64,000 bases of DNA, taken from contig CAWBLV010000001.1 of assembly GCA_963789735.1 (NCBI GenBank), forward strand, positions 85,822-149,821, given 5' to 3'. Source of the stretch: Candidatus Dormiibacterota bacterium. GTDB lineage: Bacteria; Chloroflexota; Dormibacteria; Aeolococcales; Aeolococcaceae. Of this stretch, positions 8,381 through 18,477 are shown one piece after another. Every line of letters begins with the position of its first letter. Position 1 is the stretch's first letter. Made by a program: the position numbers and the translations under genes. Under the pieces are notes generated by a model. That model saw nothing but the letters and a program-made list of their open reading frames with translations, did not search any database and was not told where the DNA came from.

Positions 8381-9830
8381 TCATTTGAGCTGAAATTCGG
8401 GGCTTGCGAGGAGCGCGTACCAACGGTCGCCGTCGCTCTTGCTCGCATTGAAAACGGCGGCGGTATCGGGCCCGACAACACCATCGAGCTGCGTCTGCAC
8501 AGCGGCCACCGGGTCCGGAAACGTGCTCTCGGAGGCCACAACAGTTGCAGCGAAATTCAGCCGTGCCAGCCAGGCTCCGGATGACACCCATCCCTGGTTG
8601 GACGGCCAGCCCGCGACAGTCGGCATGTCGTAGAGGATCTGGTCCATGCCTTCACCGGACTCCGCGCACTGCGCGGCGAGACCAGGACGAGCCAGTGCGC
8701 GCATGGTGGCGACCATGTACTCGACAGGGCCGCGAACCAGAGACCGGTACGCAGCGGGCGACGTGAATGCCTCGTTGGTGAAGATGGCCCGCATCAACGT
8801 TTTGATGTCGTAGTCGCTGGAGCGAAATTGCGCGGCGATGCTGGAGATGAGTTCTGTTGAGGGATCCGGTGTGCAGAACTGCACCAGCGCGTCGCGCGCG
8901 ATATGCGATGCGCACGATGGCTGCGACAGGATGATGTCGAGTGCCTGACCCGGGTCAAAGTTCCCGGTATGCCCGAGGAATGTCTTGCTGCCGCTGTCGT
9001 GCTGGGCTGCGGCGAGGACCCCTTTAAACGTCGCGCCCGAAGCGAGCAGTTGCCCCAAAGCCTGCGTGTACTGAGCAGGGGACGACGCTTTGACCTTTGG
9101 TGGCTGTATCCGCCGCCCACTCGCGTCCACGAGGACGGTTCGAATCCCCGAGAAGGCGCGCGCTCCCTCGCGCACGTCCGTCTCCGTGTAATTGCCGACT
9201 CCGAGCGTGAAGAGCTCCATGAGCTCACGGCTGTAGTTCTCGTTGGGCGCTACGGCGGTGCTCTCTTCGAGATCGAGGTACCGAATCATCAACGGGTCGT
9301 ACGTGACGGCGTTGATCAGCGTGCGAAAGGTGCTTCGGCCGGTGGACCGATACAACTCGTTCTGCTGGAGGACGAACGGCAGGCGTACGGCTTTTCGATA
9401 GTCGCTCGTGAGCAGTCCATGCCAGAACAGGGTCATGCGTTCCGGGAACTGCGCCGGCGTCGAGGCCATGTGCTCGTACCAGGCGCGGACGACCGCCGCG
9501 TGGTCGGTGGGATCGGCCACCGCCGGCAGTGGCTGCGGTTGCTGGTTGACCACCATGTCGACGAGATCCGGGTACGACATTGAGGACGCCGCGTCCAGTT
9601 CGGCCGGCGTGTAGCCGAACGTAGCCCGGCGGAGCAGATGTGCAGCGAGACCGGTGGACGTTCCCAACGGGCTGCCCCAGGCGCCTGCGGCGCCGGCTGC
9701 CGATGCGAACTCGCTGCGACCCACCCGGGAGTTGCAAGGTCAGATAGCGGAAGCCCACTGCTCCCACGGCCCCGCCTGCAGCAACGCCGAGTACTTGCCG
9801 GCGACTGAGCTTGATATTGGTCGCACTCAT
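8381..9830 (-). pseudogene. DUF1800 domain protein with an apparent +1 frameshift near 9725 that separates a Tat-type signal from the mature domain; could be a sequence error
   Basis: The upstream frame reads MSATNIKLSRRQVLGVAAGGAVGAVG. The downstream frame reads VGRSEFASAAG...AHLLRRATFGYTPAEL, a DUF1800-type start. The joined length is 3n+1, and the junction lies in a CCCGGG run. Confidence 0.7.
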
Positions 9831-10020
9831 CGCTGCACAGTCTGTCTCGCCCACCTGAGAATTCCCCTGGTCTCGTTGCTTCTCGCGGCAGGTCTCAGGC
9901 GATTCTCAGCCGCCTGGCGTGATCCGATTGCGGCATCCGGCAGTTCGCCCCACTCGGTAGACTGGGACCGGCCCGGCCACGCCGGCCGCTTCGCAGTTCA
10001 CTTGCAAGGGAGTACCACCA

Positions 10021-10347
10021 ATGCCGTCCACCCCCGCCGAAATCTTCAGCGAGATCAATTCCCGCATCGCCGCCGATCCCGCCAAGACGGCCGGCATGAC
10101 TGCGGTCTACGCATTCGACCTGAACGGTGAAGCGCCAGGTCAGTACCACATCTCGCTCAAGGACGGGAGCGCAGATGTTGGCGAGGGCTCGCCGGAAAAC
10201 CCGAACATCACGATCACGATGAAATCCGAGGACTTCGTCGACCTCGCCACCGGCAAGCTCGACGGGACCATGGCGTTCATGAGCGGCAAGATCAAGATCA
10301 AGGGCGACATGGGCCTTGCCATGAAGCTCCAGTCGGTGCTGCGCTAG
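10021..10347 (+). CDS. SCP2 sterol-binding domain protein
   Basis: The typical SCP2 C-terminus is present: FVDLATGKLDGTMAFMSGKIKIKGDMGLAMKL. An AGGGAG RBS lies upstream. Confidence 0.8.
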   Translation: MPSTPAEIFSEINSRIAADPAKTAGMTAVYAFDLNGEAPGQYHISLKDGSADVGEGSPENPNITITMKSEDFVDLATGKLDGTMAFMSGKIKIKGDMGLAMKLQSVLR

Positions 10348-10368
10348 CAGCTCCCCGGTTCGCTCTCG

Positions 10369-10686
10369 GTGGCTCCGGACCTCCGGCCGGTACGCTTCGA
10401 CTACGACGAGCAACATCGGTCGCTGCTGATCGAGTGGTCGGACGGCGCTGCGCATCACATCCCGTTCGACGTGCTTCGGCGCGCGTGCCCGTGCGCCGCG
10501 TGCAAAGGTGAACCCGGGTATCGCGGCCGGTTCAGCTCGGACCCGCATCTCCATCCTGGCGAGGACGAGCTTGCGGATATCTCATTGGTCGGCGCGTACG
10601 GTCTGAACACCGTGTGGGCGGATGGGCACAACACCGGGATCTACACATACGAGCGGCTCCGCGAGCTCGGCAAGGCGTCGGCGTAG
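10369..10686 (+). CDS. DUF971 (gamma-butyrobetaine hydroxylase-like N-terminal) domain protein
   Basis: LLIEWSDGAAHHIPFDVLRRACPCAACKGE matches the DUF971 pattern. The start is GTG. Confidence 0.75.
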   Translation: MAPDLRPVRFDYDEQHRSLLIEWSDGAAHHIPFDVLRRACPCAACKGEPGYRGRFSSDPHLHPGEDELADISLVGAYGLNTVWADGHNTGIYTYERLRELGKASA

Positions 10687-10698
10687 AGTTTCGCCGCG

Positions 10699-11499
10699 AT
10701 GACCGCAGACGCAACGCCCACCACTGCGCCCCAACTCCTCCAGTCAGTGACGGAGGGTGTCCTGACGCTGACGCTCAACCGGCCCGAGGTGCTCAACGCG
10801 ATCACCCCTGCGCTGCTGGACGAAGTCACCGACGCGCTGCGCGAGGCGGCGTCCGGGCGCGCCATCCGTGCTGTGGTGATCACCGGCGCCGGACGGGGGT
10901 TCTGCAGCGGGCAGGATCTCCGTGCCGCGGCAGGTGACGGCGGCCTCGACGTCGGCACGATCCTCCGCGACCACTACACGCCTGCGATTCGCGCGATTCG
11001 CTCGATGGACCAGCCCGTGATCGCGGCGGTGAACGGCGTCGCCGCCGGTGCGGGCTTCTCCCTTGCGCTCGCCTGCGACCTGCGCATCGCCGCCGAGTCC
11101 GCAACCTTCGTGCAGGCGTTCGTGCGCATCGGGCTCATCCCCGACCTTGCGAGCACGTACTTTCTGCCCCGTCTCATCGGACCCGCGCGCGCTGCCGAAC
11201 TCACGATGCTCGGCGAGACCGTTGACGCAGCGCGGGCCTTCGAGCTTGGCATCGTGAATCGGGTTGTTCCCGACCCCGAACTCGCCGCGGCCGCCGCGGA
11301 GATGGCCGGTCGCCTGGCCCGAGGCCCTCGCTCGATCGGCCTCACCAAGCGCGCGCTCGAGGTGTCGCACGAGAACGACCTCGAAGCGCAGCTCGCCGTC
11401 GAGGAACGCCTCCAGACCGAGGCGACGACCACGAGCGATTTCGTCGAAGGCGTCAGCGCCTTCCTCGAGAAGCGCCGGGCGACCTTCACCGGCTCGTAG
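10699..11499 (+). CDS. enoyl-CoA hydratase/isomerase family protein
   Basis: Crotonase motifs are VITGAGRGFCSGQDL, and AAVNGVAAGAGFSLALACD. Confidence 0.85.
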   Translation: MTADATPTTAPQLLQSVTEGVLTLTLNRPEVLNAITPALLDEVTDALREAASGRAIRAVVITGAGRGFCSGQDLRAAAGDGGLDVGTILRDHYTPAIRAIRSMDQPVIAAVNGVAAGAGFSLALACDLRIAAESATFVQAFVRIGLIPDLASTYFLPRLIGPARAAELTMLGETVDAARAFELGIVNRVVPDPELAAAAAEMAGRLARGPRSIGLTKRALEVSHENDLEAQLAVEERLQTEATTTSDFVEGVSAFLEKRRATFTGS

Positions 11500-11508
11500 G
11501 AGCACTGC

Positions 11509-12915
11509 ATGCCCGCCGCGATCGACAAGCTCACGGCGCTCCTGGGACCGGCGCGAGTCCTGACCGGCGCGGATGTCAGCGAGGACGACTGGCACGACGA
11601 GTCGCTCGTTGCGGTGTGGCACGCGCCAGATGTGGTCGTGCTCCCCCACTCCGCCGCCGACGTCGCCGAGATCATCACGATTGCGCGGGAGTTCGCCATG
11701 CCCGTCACCGCTCGCGGCGCCGGCACGGGGCTCGCCGGCGCGTGCGTCCCTCGTGATGGCGGCATCCTCATCGCGTTTCGAGAGATGAGCGCGATTCTCG
11801 AAATCGACGTTGCCAACCAGACGGCAATCGTTCAACCCGGCGTCAGCCTGCTCGAGCTCGATGCGGCCGCGGCGGCGCACGGGCTCGTCTATCCGGTGAA
11901 CCCCGGCGAGCGCAGTGCGAGTCTCGGAGGCACGGTTGCCACCAACGCGGGTGGGATGCGTGCGGTGAAGTACGGGGTCACGCGTCACCAGGTGCTGGGC
12001 CTCGAGGCGGTCCTCGGCACCGGCGAGATCATCCGCACGGGTGGGAAGTTTGTGAAATCGACATCGGGCTACGACCTGACGCAGCTCATCGTCGGCTCCG
12101 AGGGCACCCTGGCCGTGGTGACCGAGGCCATCCTGCGTCTCTCTCCGCGGCTGGCGCACGCCGCCACGGTGCTCGCGCCGTTCCGCACCGTTGCCGAGGT
12201 CGCGGCCGCGGTGCCGCGGATTGTCCAGAGCGGTGTCGCCCCGATGATCCTCGAGTACATCGACATGATGTCGATGACGGCCATAACTGCCGCCCGCGGG
12301 CTTGAACTCGGGATTGGCGCGGCAGTCAAGGACGCGGCGCTCGCGTACCTCGTCGTGGTGCTGGAGTCGCGCGATGAGGGCCGCCTCGACGAGGACATCG
12401 AGCAACTCGGCGATTTGATCACCACGCTCGGCGCGCTCGACGTATATGTGCTCCCGCCCCGCGCGGCGGCGGAGTTGATCGAAGCGCGCGAGCGCGCGTT
12501 CTTCGCTGCCAAGGCGGCCGGGGCCAACGAGATCATCGACACCGTGGTGCCGCGCGCGCAGATTCCAGAGTTCCTCGCGGACGTTTCGGTGATCGCGCAG
12601 GAGAGTGGCTCGATGATCATCGGGTGCGGACACGCCGGCGACGGCAACGTCCATCTCTCGGTGTTCCAGTCGGACCCGGAGCGCCTCGAGCAGGTGCTGC
12701 GCAGCGTCTTCACCACGGGCGCAGCCCTCGGTGGCGCTGTGTCGGGCGAGCATGGCATCGGCACCGACAAGCGAAGCCATTTTCTGGCGCTCGAGAACCC
12801 GGCAAAGCTCGCGCTCATGGCCCGGATCAAGACGGCGTTCGATCCCGACGGCATCCTCAATCCAGGGGCGATGCTCGACCCGGCCGCGGCGGCGAGCCCG
12901 GCGGGCGCGCGATGA
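11509..12915 (+). CDS. FAD-linked oxidase (GlcD / D-lactate dehydrogenase-like)
   Basis: The FAD_binding_4 region shows VVLPHSAADVAEII...PVTARGAGTGLAG. The C-terminal oxidase domain shows GGAVSGEHGIGTDK. Confidence 0.85.
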   Translation: MPAAIDKLTALLGPARVLTGADVSEDDWHDESLVAVWHAPDVVVLPHSAADVAEIITIAREFAMPVTARGAGTGLAGACVPRDGGILIAFREMSAILEIDVANQTAIVQPGVSLLELDAAAAAHGLVYPVNPGERSASLGGTVATNAGGMRAVKYGVTRHQVLGLEAVLGTGEIIRTGGKFVKSTSGYDLTQLIVGSEGTLAVVTEAILRLSPRLAHAATVLAPFRTVAEVAAAVPRIVQSGVAPMILEYIDMMSMTAITAARGLELGIGAAVKDAALAYLVVVLESRDEGRLDEDIEQLGDLITTLGALDVYVLPPRAAAELIEARERAFFAAKAAGANEIIDTVVPRAQIPEFLADVSVIAQESGSMIIGCGHAGDGNVHLSVFQSDPERLEQVLRSVFTTGAALGGAVSGEHGIGTDKRSHFLALENPAKLALMARIKTAFDPDGILNPGAMLDPAAAASPAGAR

Positions 12916-14465
12916 TCGGCGGCGAGGCGCTGGTTCGCAGCCTCGTTGCGTCTGGGGTCGACGTGGTGTTCGCCAATCCCGGCACGTCGGAGATGCACTT
13001 CGTCGCCACCCTCGATGCCGTTCCGGAGATGCGCGGCGTGCTCGCGCTCTTTGAAGGAGCGGCGACTGGCGCCGCCGATGGCTTCGGCCGCATGCGTGAC
13101 TCGCCGGCTGCCGTCCTGCTCCATCTCGGGCCGGGCCTCGGCAACGGACTCGCCAATCTCCACAACGCGCGGCGCAGCCGCGCTCCGGTGGTCGCGATCG
13201 TCGGCGACCATGCGACGTACCACGTGCAGCACGACGCGCCGCTGCAGTCGGACATCGACACCGTGGCGCGCAACGTCTCGACGTGGATCCGGCGGAGCGC
13301 GCGTCCAGAGGATGCGGGGGCCGATGCCGCAGCAGCAGTCGCGGCCGCGTGTGGTCCTCCCGGACAGATCGCAACGCTCATCCTTCCCGCCGATGTCTCG
13401 TGGTCCGAAGGTGGCGTGTTAGCGCCACCAGTGGCACGAACGCCCCGTGCAACGGTACCCGCATCCCGTGTCGCATCGGTCGCGGCAACGCTGCGATCGG
13501 GTGAGAACAGTGCGCTGCTGCTTGGTGGCAGCTCGCTTCGCGCCGGGGGCATCGAGGCCGCGGCGCGGATCGGCGGCGCGACCGGAGCCGGCGTGCTGGC
13601 CGAGACGTTCTCGGCGCGAGCCGAGCGCGGCGCCGGAATTCCGGTGATCCAGCGCCTGGCGTATCTCGCGGAGATGGCGGCGGGACAGCTCGACGGGCTC
13701 CGTCACCTCATCCTTGTCGACACGACGTCGCCGGTCTCGTTCTTTGCATATCCGGGAAAGCCGAGTGACCTCGTTCCCGAAGGGTGCGAGGTTACCGTTC
13801 TGGCGGGCGGCGGCGATGACGCGGTGGCGGCGCTCGAAGCGCTCGCCTCCGAACTCGGTGCCGAGACCGAATCTCCGATGACCCAAATGCCGAGACCGGA
13901 ACTGCCAACCGGCGATCTCGGCGCCGAGTCGATCGCCCGTGCGATCGGTGCGCTGCTCCCGGAAGGCGCCATCGTGTCCGACGAAGCGAACACCAGCGGA
14001 ACGTTCCTCCTCGGATATACCGGCGGCGCTCCGCGGCACGACTGGCTGAGCCTCACCGGCGGGTCGATCGGCCAGGGACTTCCGGTCGCGCTGGGCGCCG
14101 CGATCGCGTGCCCTGACCGCCCCGTTCTGGCGCTCGAAGCGGACGGGTCCGCGCTGTACACGCTCCAAGCGCTGTGGACGATGGCGCGCGAGCAACTCAA
14201 CGTCACCACCGTCATTTTCAGCAATCGACGCTACGCGATTCTCCGCATGGAACTCGCGCGGGTTGGTGCCGTCGCGTCGGGACAGCGAGCCCTCGAGATG
14301 CTCGACATCTCGCCGCCCGACATTGACTTCGTCGCTCTGGCACGCGGGTTCGGCGTTCCCGCAACGCGCCCGGACAGCGCCGAAGCGTTTGCGGCTGACC
14401 TCGGGCGTGCATTCGCCGAGCCTGGCCCGCACCTGATTGAAGCGGTGATCCCCTCGCTCTTCTGA
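12912..14465 (+). CDS. thiamine-pyrophosphate-dependent enzyme (acetolactate synthase large-subunit-like)
   Basis: The start is the ATG at 12912, overlapping the upstream stop as ATGA. The N-terminus shows GVDVVFANPGTSEMHF. The TPP motif shows GGSIGQGLPVALGAA...LEADGSALYT. Confidence 0.85.
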   Translation: MIGGEALVRSLVASGVDVVFANPGTSEMHFVATLDAVPEMRGVLALFEGAATGAADGFGRMRDSPAAVLLHLGPGLGNGLANLHNARRSRAPVVAIVGDHATYHVQHDAPLQSDIDTVARNVSTWIRRSARPEDAGADAAAAVAAACGPPGQIATLILPADVSWSEGGVLAPPVARTPRATVPASRVASVAATLRSGENSALLLGGSSLRAGGIEAAARIGGATGAGVLAETFSARAERGAGIPVIQRLAYLAEMAAGQLDGLRHLILVDTTSPVSFFAYPGKPSDLVPEGCEVTVLAGGGDDAVAALEALASELGAETESPMTQMPRPELPTGDLGAESIARAIGALLPEGAIVSDEANTSGTFLLGYTGGAPRHDWLSLTGGSIGQGLPVALGAAIACPDRPVLALEADGSALYTLQALWTMAREQLNVTTVIFSNRRYAILRMELARVGAVASGQRALEMLDISPPDIDFVALARGFGVPATRPDSAEAFAADLGRAFAEPGPHLIEAVIPSLF

Positions 14466-15080
14466 TCAGCCGCGGAAGCGCTCGCCGCCGCGGATCGGGA
14501 TGGTCAGCCAGTTCTCGCGCGGCGGCAATGGGCAACTCCATTGCGGGTCGTAGCTGCACGACGGCTGATACGAGAAGTTGAAGTCGAGAATCAGACGCCC
14601 GTCATCGTCAGCACCGAGATCCGCTCCCTTCGCTGTGTCAAGCAGGTACCGGCCGGCGCCGTATGTCTCGGTCCCGCACGTGGCGTCGCGAAAGGAGACA
14701 AAGAATCCTCCCGAATAGTCGAGCAGCCAGAACATCGACAGTGAAAGACGCTCACCGAGGAGCGTGCAATGCGCGGTTCCCGCGCGCTCGGCGGTGACGT
14801 GGCCGGATGTGGAACCCGGCAGCTCGAACGTTGCGCCGTCTGCGTCTGCGACCTCGGCGACGGTGCGCAGCGCGGGGTCGTAGTCGTAGTACAGCGGCGT
14901 CGTGGCATCGCCGCGAGCGGCCGCGGGAACCGGGCTCTGCGGATGGAAACGGAAAAGGTCGTCGCGGACGTCGCGCCAGCGCGTCCATGCCGCGACGGGG
15001 TCTGGTTCGACGCGGATCGCGCCGTACAGGTCGCTCACCTGACGCCGCCAGTCGGCGAGCTCGAGGCGTTCGCGGATCAC
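14466..15080 (-). CDS. DUF1684 domain protein
   Basis: The C-terminal signature FNFSYQPSCSYDPQWSCPLPPRENWL is present. Confidence 0.75.
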   Translation of the reverse strand: MIRERLELADWRRQVSDLYGAIRVEPDPVAAWTRWRDVRDDLFRFHPQSPVPAAARGDATTPLYYDYDPALRTVAEVADADGATFELPGSTSGHVTAERAGTAHCTLLGERLSLSMFWLLDYSGGFFVSFRDATCGTETYGAGRYLLDTAKGADLGADDDGRLILDFNFSYQPSCSYDPQWSCPLPPRENWLTIPIRGGERFRG

Positions 15081-15130
15081 GTCAGCGCCAAGTCCGCAAC
15101 CGCTCGGTCATCGAGCGACTGTAGCGAACC

Positions 15131-15997
15131 TCATGGACCGTCGCCGTAGACAACTCCACCACGCAACTCATCCATTCGCCGCATTCGTGCGTGCGCCACC
15201 TCGCCGAGACGCGCAAGCACGCCTGCGATGAGCGCTTCGGTCAACGCAACCGCCGAGACGAGCGAGTCGAACGGCATCACCGTCGTCTGCACACCCGTGA
15301 CGAGCACGAAGCGCGCGGACGCCGCGGCGGGCGACAACCAGGGATCGGTCACCAGCACGACCGTGCTCCCCCGCCCCGCTGCGACACGGGCGCTGTTGAT
15401 GGTGTCGCTCTGATAGCGGCGGTAGTCGAAGACGACGAGCACGTCGCGGCGTCCGAGATCGACCAGGTGGTCGGCGGGATTGCTCCGCTCCGGGTCGAGC
15501 AGCTCAACACCGGGACGGATGAGGTGCAGCTGGCTCGCGAGATAGCGAGCGAGGAATGTGCTCACCCGACCCCCGAGCGAGAGCACCCGGCGGCGTGGAT
15601 CGGCGAGCAGATCGACCACGGCGTCGAAGTCGTGCTCGGACACCATGTCGAGGCTCGCGCGAAGACTGTGCTCATAGGTGGCGAACGCTTCGCGGAGCAT
15701 CGATTCGCCGGGATCCCCCGGCCTCGTCAGCTCGTACCGGGTGAGTGGCGAGCTCAACCGCTCCTGCAACTCCTGACGGAGTGATTCCTGGAACTCCGGG
15801 TAGCCGCGGAGGCCGAGCTTGGTGATGAAACGCGTCACGGTCGCCGGACTCACCCCAGCCCGTTCGGCGAAGCGCGTGAGGCTTTCGAGCCCAGCAACCG
15901 GGTAGAAAGCCAGCAGCACCTGCGCGAGCCGCCGTTCCGACGCGCTCAGCGCCCCCATCCGCTGGCGAACCAGCTCTCCGACGAGAAACTCCGGCAT
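15131..15997 (-). CDS. MurR/RpiR family transcriptional regulator (HTH plus SIS domain)
   Basis: The start is set at the ATG at 15997. The HTH_6 region shows LSASERRLAQVLL...AERAGVSPATVTRFITKLG, and a SIS domain follows. Confidence 0.8.
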   Translation of the reverse strand: MPEFLVGELVRQRMGALSASERRLAQVLLAFYPVAGLESLTRFAERAGVSPATVTRFITKLGLRGYPEFQESLRQELQERLSSPLTRYELTRPGDPGESMLREAFATYEHSLRASLDMVSEHDFDAVVDLLADPRRRVLSLGGRVSTFLARYLASQLHLIRPGVELLDPERSNPADHLVDLGRRDVLVVFDYRRYQSDTINSARVAAGRGSTVVLVTDPWLSPAAASARFVLVTGVQTTVMPFDSLVSAVALTEALIAGVLARLGEVAHARMRRMDELRGGVVYGDGP

Positions 15998-16116
15998 TGA
16001 AACGATTCTTACAGTTTTGACCCGTTTGGCTTCGTGCGATAAATCTGTTGACGCTGGTACAGAGCCGCTGCTACTGTGCGGCCCACCGCTACGGACCGCC
16101 ATGGGGAGATGAGCTG

Positions 16117-17667
16117 ATGACCGTCCAGGCTATTGACAGCGATACCGAGACGCTCCACAAGCTGGGGTACGCTCAGGAACTGCTCCGGCGGATGGGGGGC
16201 TTCTCCAACTTCGCTGTGTCGTTCACGATCATCTCGATCCTGTCCGGCTGTCTGACCGCGTACGGCGTCGCCATGTTCAACGGCGGCCCGATCGACATGA
16301 ACATCGGCTGGCCGCTCGTCGGAATCATGGTCATCATCGTCGGCCTCGCGATGGCCGAGGTCTGCTCGAGCTACCCCACCGCAGGTGGCCTCTACTACTG
16401 GTCGGCAAAGCTCGGCGGCAGGAATGGACCGGCGTGGAGCTGGTTCACGGGCTGGTTCAACCTGGTCGGTCAGGTTGCGGTCACGGCCGGCATCGACGGC
16501 GGCCTCGCGCTGTTCGCGTCGGCGTTCATGAACAACTGGTTCGGCTACCCGCTCACCCCGTGGCCGATCCTCGGGGTCTACGCGGTCGCGCTCTTCCTCC
16601 ACGGGCTTCTGAACACGTTCGGCGTCCGCCTCGTGGCGCTACTCAATGACATCTCGGTGTGGTGGCACATCACCGGCGTCGTCGTGATCGTCGCCGTCCT
16701 GCTCATCGTTCCTGCCCATCACCAGTCGGTGGCGTACATCTTCACGACCTTCAACAACGGAACAGGCGCCTCGTTCCCGGGCAGCGTCATCTATGTGTTC
16801 CTCATCGGACTCCTGCTCGCGCAGTACACCTTCACGGGGTATGACGCGTCGGCGCACATGACGGAGGAAACCAAGAACGCGGCCACGGCCGGTCCGCGCG
16901 GGATCGTCCTCTCCATCGTCGTCTCGCTGGTGGCGGGATGGATCCTGCTGATCGGTGTCACGTCCGCAATCCAGAACTACGCGACCGAATCAACCGCCGT
17001 CGTGCCTGCTGCCCAGATCTTCATCGACGCGGCAGGCAAGGGCCTCGGACAGTTCCTGCTCCTCATCGCCATCGGCGCACAGTTCTACTGCGGCATGTCG
17101 TCGGTCACCGCGAACTCGCGCATGATCTATGCCTTCTCGCGTGACGGCGCGGTCCCGGGGCACCGGCTCTGGAGCAGGATCAACAAGCGAACCCGCACCC
17201 CAACCAACTCGATCTGGCTTGCGGTGGTCGGCGCGTTCATCCTCTTCCTCCCCTACGTCTTCAATGCGTACGCCTATGCGGCGGTCATCTCGATCGCGGT
17301 CATCGGTCTCTACGTCGCGTACGGCATCCCGATCCTCCTCCGCCTCCGAGCGGGGTCGGAATTCGTGCCGGGTCCGTGGAGCCTCGGAAAGTGGAGCCGC
17401 CCGATCGGCATCATCGCGGTTGCCTGGATCGTGATCATCAGCATCCTGTTCATCCTCCCGACGGCGTTCCCGATCACTGGCACCAACTTCAACTACACGA
17501 TCGTCGCTTTCGTAGTCGTGCTCGGTGCGACGACCATCTGGTGGTTCGCGTCGGCGAAGAACTGGTTCAAGGGCCCGCGGGTTCAGGGAACCGCCGAAGA
17601 GCTGGCATCGATCGAGGCGACGTTCCTCACGGGCGCCGCACCGACGCCCGCCGTTTCGGCAGGCTGA
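16117..17667 (+). CDS. APC-family amino acid/amine permease
   Basis: The start is the ATG at 16117 after a GGGGAG RBS. It is a 12-TM-type polytopic protein with FSNFAVSFTIISIL and YPTAGGLYYW segments typical of AA_permease_2. Confidence 0.85.
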   Translation: MTVQAIDSDTETLHKLGYAQELLRRMGGFSNFAVSFTIISILSGCLTAYGVAMFNGGPIDMNIGWPLVGIMVIIVGLAMAEVCSSYPTAGGLYYWSAKLGGRNGPAWSWFTGWFNLVGQVAVTAGIDGGLALFASAFMNNWFGYPLTPWPILGVYAVALFLHGLLNTFGVRLVALLNDISVWWHITGVVVIVAVLLIVPAHHQSVAYIFTTFNNGTGASFPGSVIYVFLIGLLLAQYTFTGYDASAHMTEETKNAATAGPRGIVLSIVVSLVAGWILLIGVTSAIQNYATESTAVVPAAQIFIDAAGKGLGQFLLLIAIGAQFYCGMSSVTANSRMIYAFSRDGAVPGHRLWSRINKRTRTPTNSIWLAVVGAFILFLPYVFNAYAYAAVISIAVIGLYVAYGIPILLRLRAGSEFVPGPWSLGKWSRPIGIIAVAWIVIISILFILPTAFPITGTNFNYTIVAFVVVLGATTIWWFASAKNWFKGPRVQGTAEELASIEATFLTGAAPTPAVSAG

Positions 17668-17737
17668 AAGGCTCACCAATCGCGTCATCACGCGTGGTCG
17701 CGGCGTTCCAGCCGCGAGCACGCGAAGGATCCTCAAC

Positions 17738-18473
17738 ATGTCCAAGCCCAGGATCGGTGTGACCTGCAGTCCGCTGCGCGGACCGACGTACTACGCGGCC
17801 TACCTTCGCGCGGTCGAGGCGGCCGGCGGCGAGCCGGTGACGCTCGATCCGCAGCCGAACGGTCTGGCGTCGGAAGAGGCGCTTGCGATGATCCATGCCA
17901 TCGACGGACTGCTCGTGCCCGGAGGCTGGGACGTGGATCCACCCGCGTACGGCGAGGCACGCCAGGAGGAGACGCCTGACGTGGATGCCCCCCTCGACCT
18001 CACGGAGATCGCGCTCGTGCGCGCGGCAGTTGACGAGGGAGTCCCGGTCTTCGGGATCTGCCGCGGCCAGCAGGTCATCAACGTGGCGCTCGGCGGATCG
18101 CTGCGCCAGCACATCGACGGTCACGACAACCACGGCCATCCGCGTGACCTGCTCGCGCATTCCATCGACGTGGTGCCCGGATCGGAGCTGGCCAAGGTCA
18201 CGCCGAGTGACCACGTCATGGTCAACAGCCTCCACCACCAGTCGGTGAAAGAGGTTGCGCCGGGACTGCATGCGACGGCGCACAGCCCCGATGGCGTCGT
18301 CGAGGGCATCGAGTTCGTCTGACGGCATGATCGTTGCGGTGCAATGTCATCCCGAGGAGTTGTTCGCCCAGCAGGGGTGGGCCATGGCGCTCTTCCAGCG
18401 GTTCGTCGACCGCGTGGGCGAGCACAACCACAATGGCGCGGTTGCGACCGACGTTGCCAAGGAGGGCAAGTAA
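17738..18473 (+). pseudogene. gamma-glutamyl hydrolase, class I glutamine amidotransferase / peptidase C26 (PuuD-like), with an apparent +1 frameshift at about 18320; could be a sequence error
   Basis: The upstream frame carries the nucleophile context GICRGQQVINVALGG and ends at VEGIEFV-stop. The next frame continues DGMIVAVQCHPEELF, which holds the catalytic His/Glu. The joined length is 3n+1. Confidence 0.75.
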
Positions 18474-18477
18474 CCCA

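Noticed and set aside
10744-13374. An 876-aa ORF on the minus strand.
   Set aside because: It is antisense to three well-supported plus-strand genes (crotonase, FAD oxidase, TPP enzyme). Its translation is Arg/Gly/Ala/Pro-rich with no motif. This is a typical shadow ORF of high-GC DNA.
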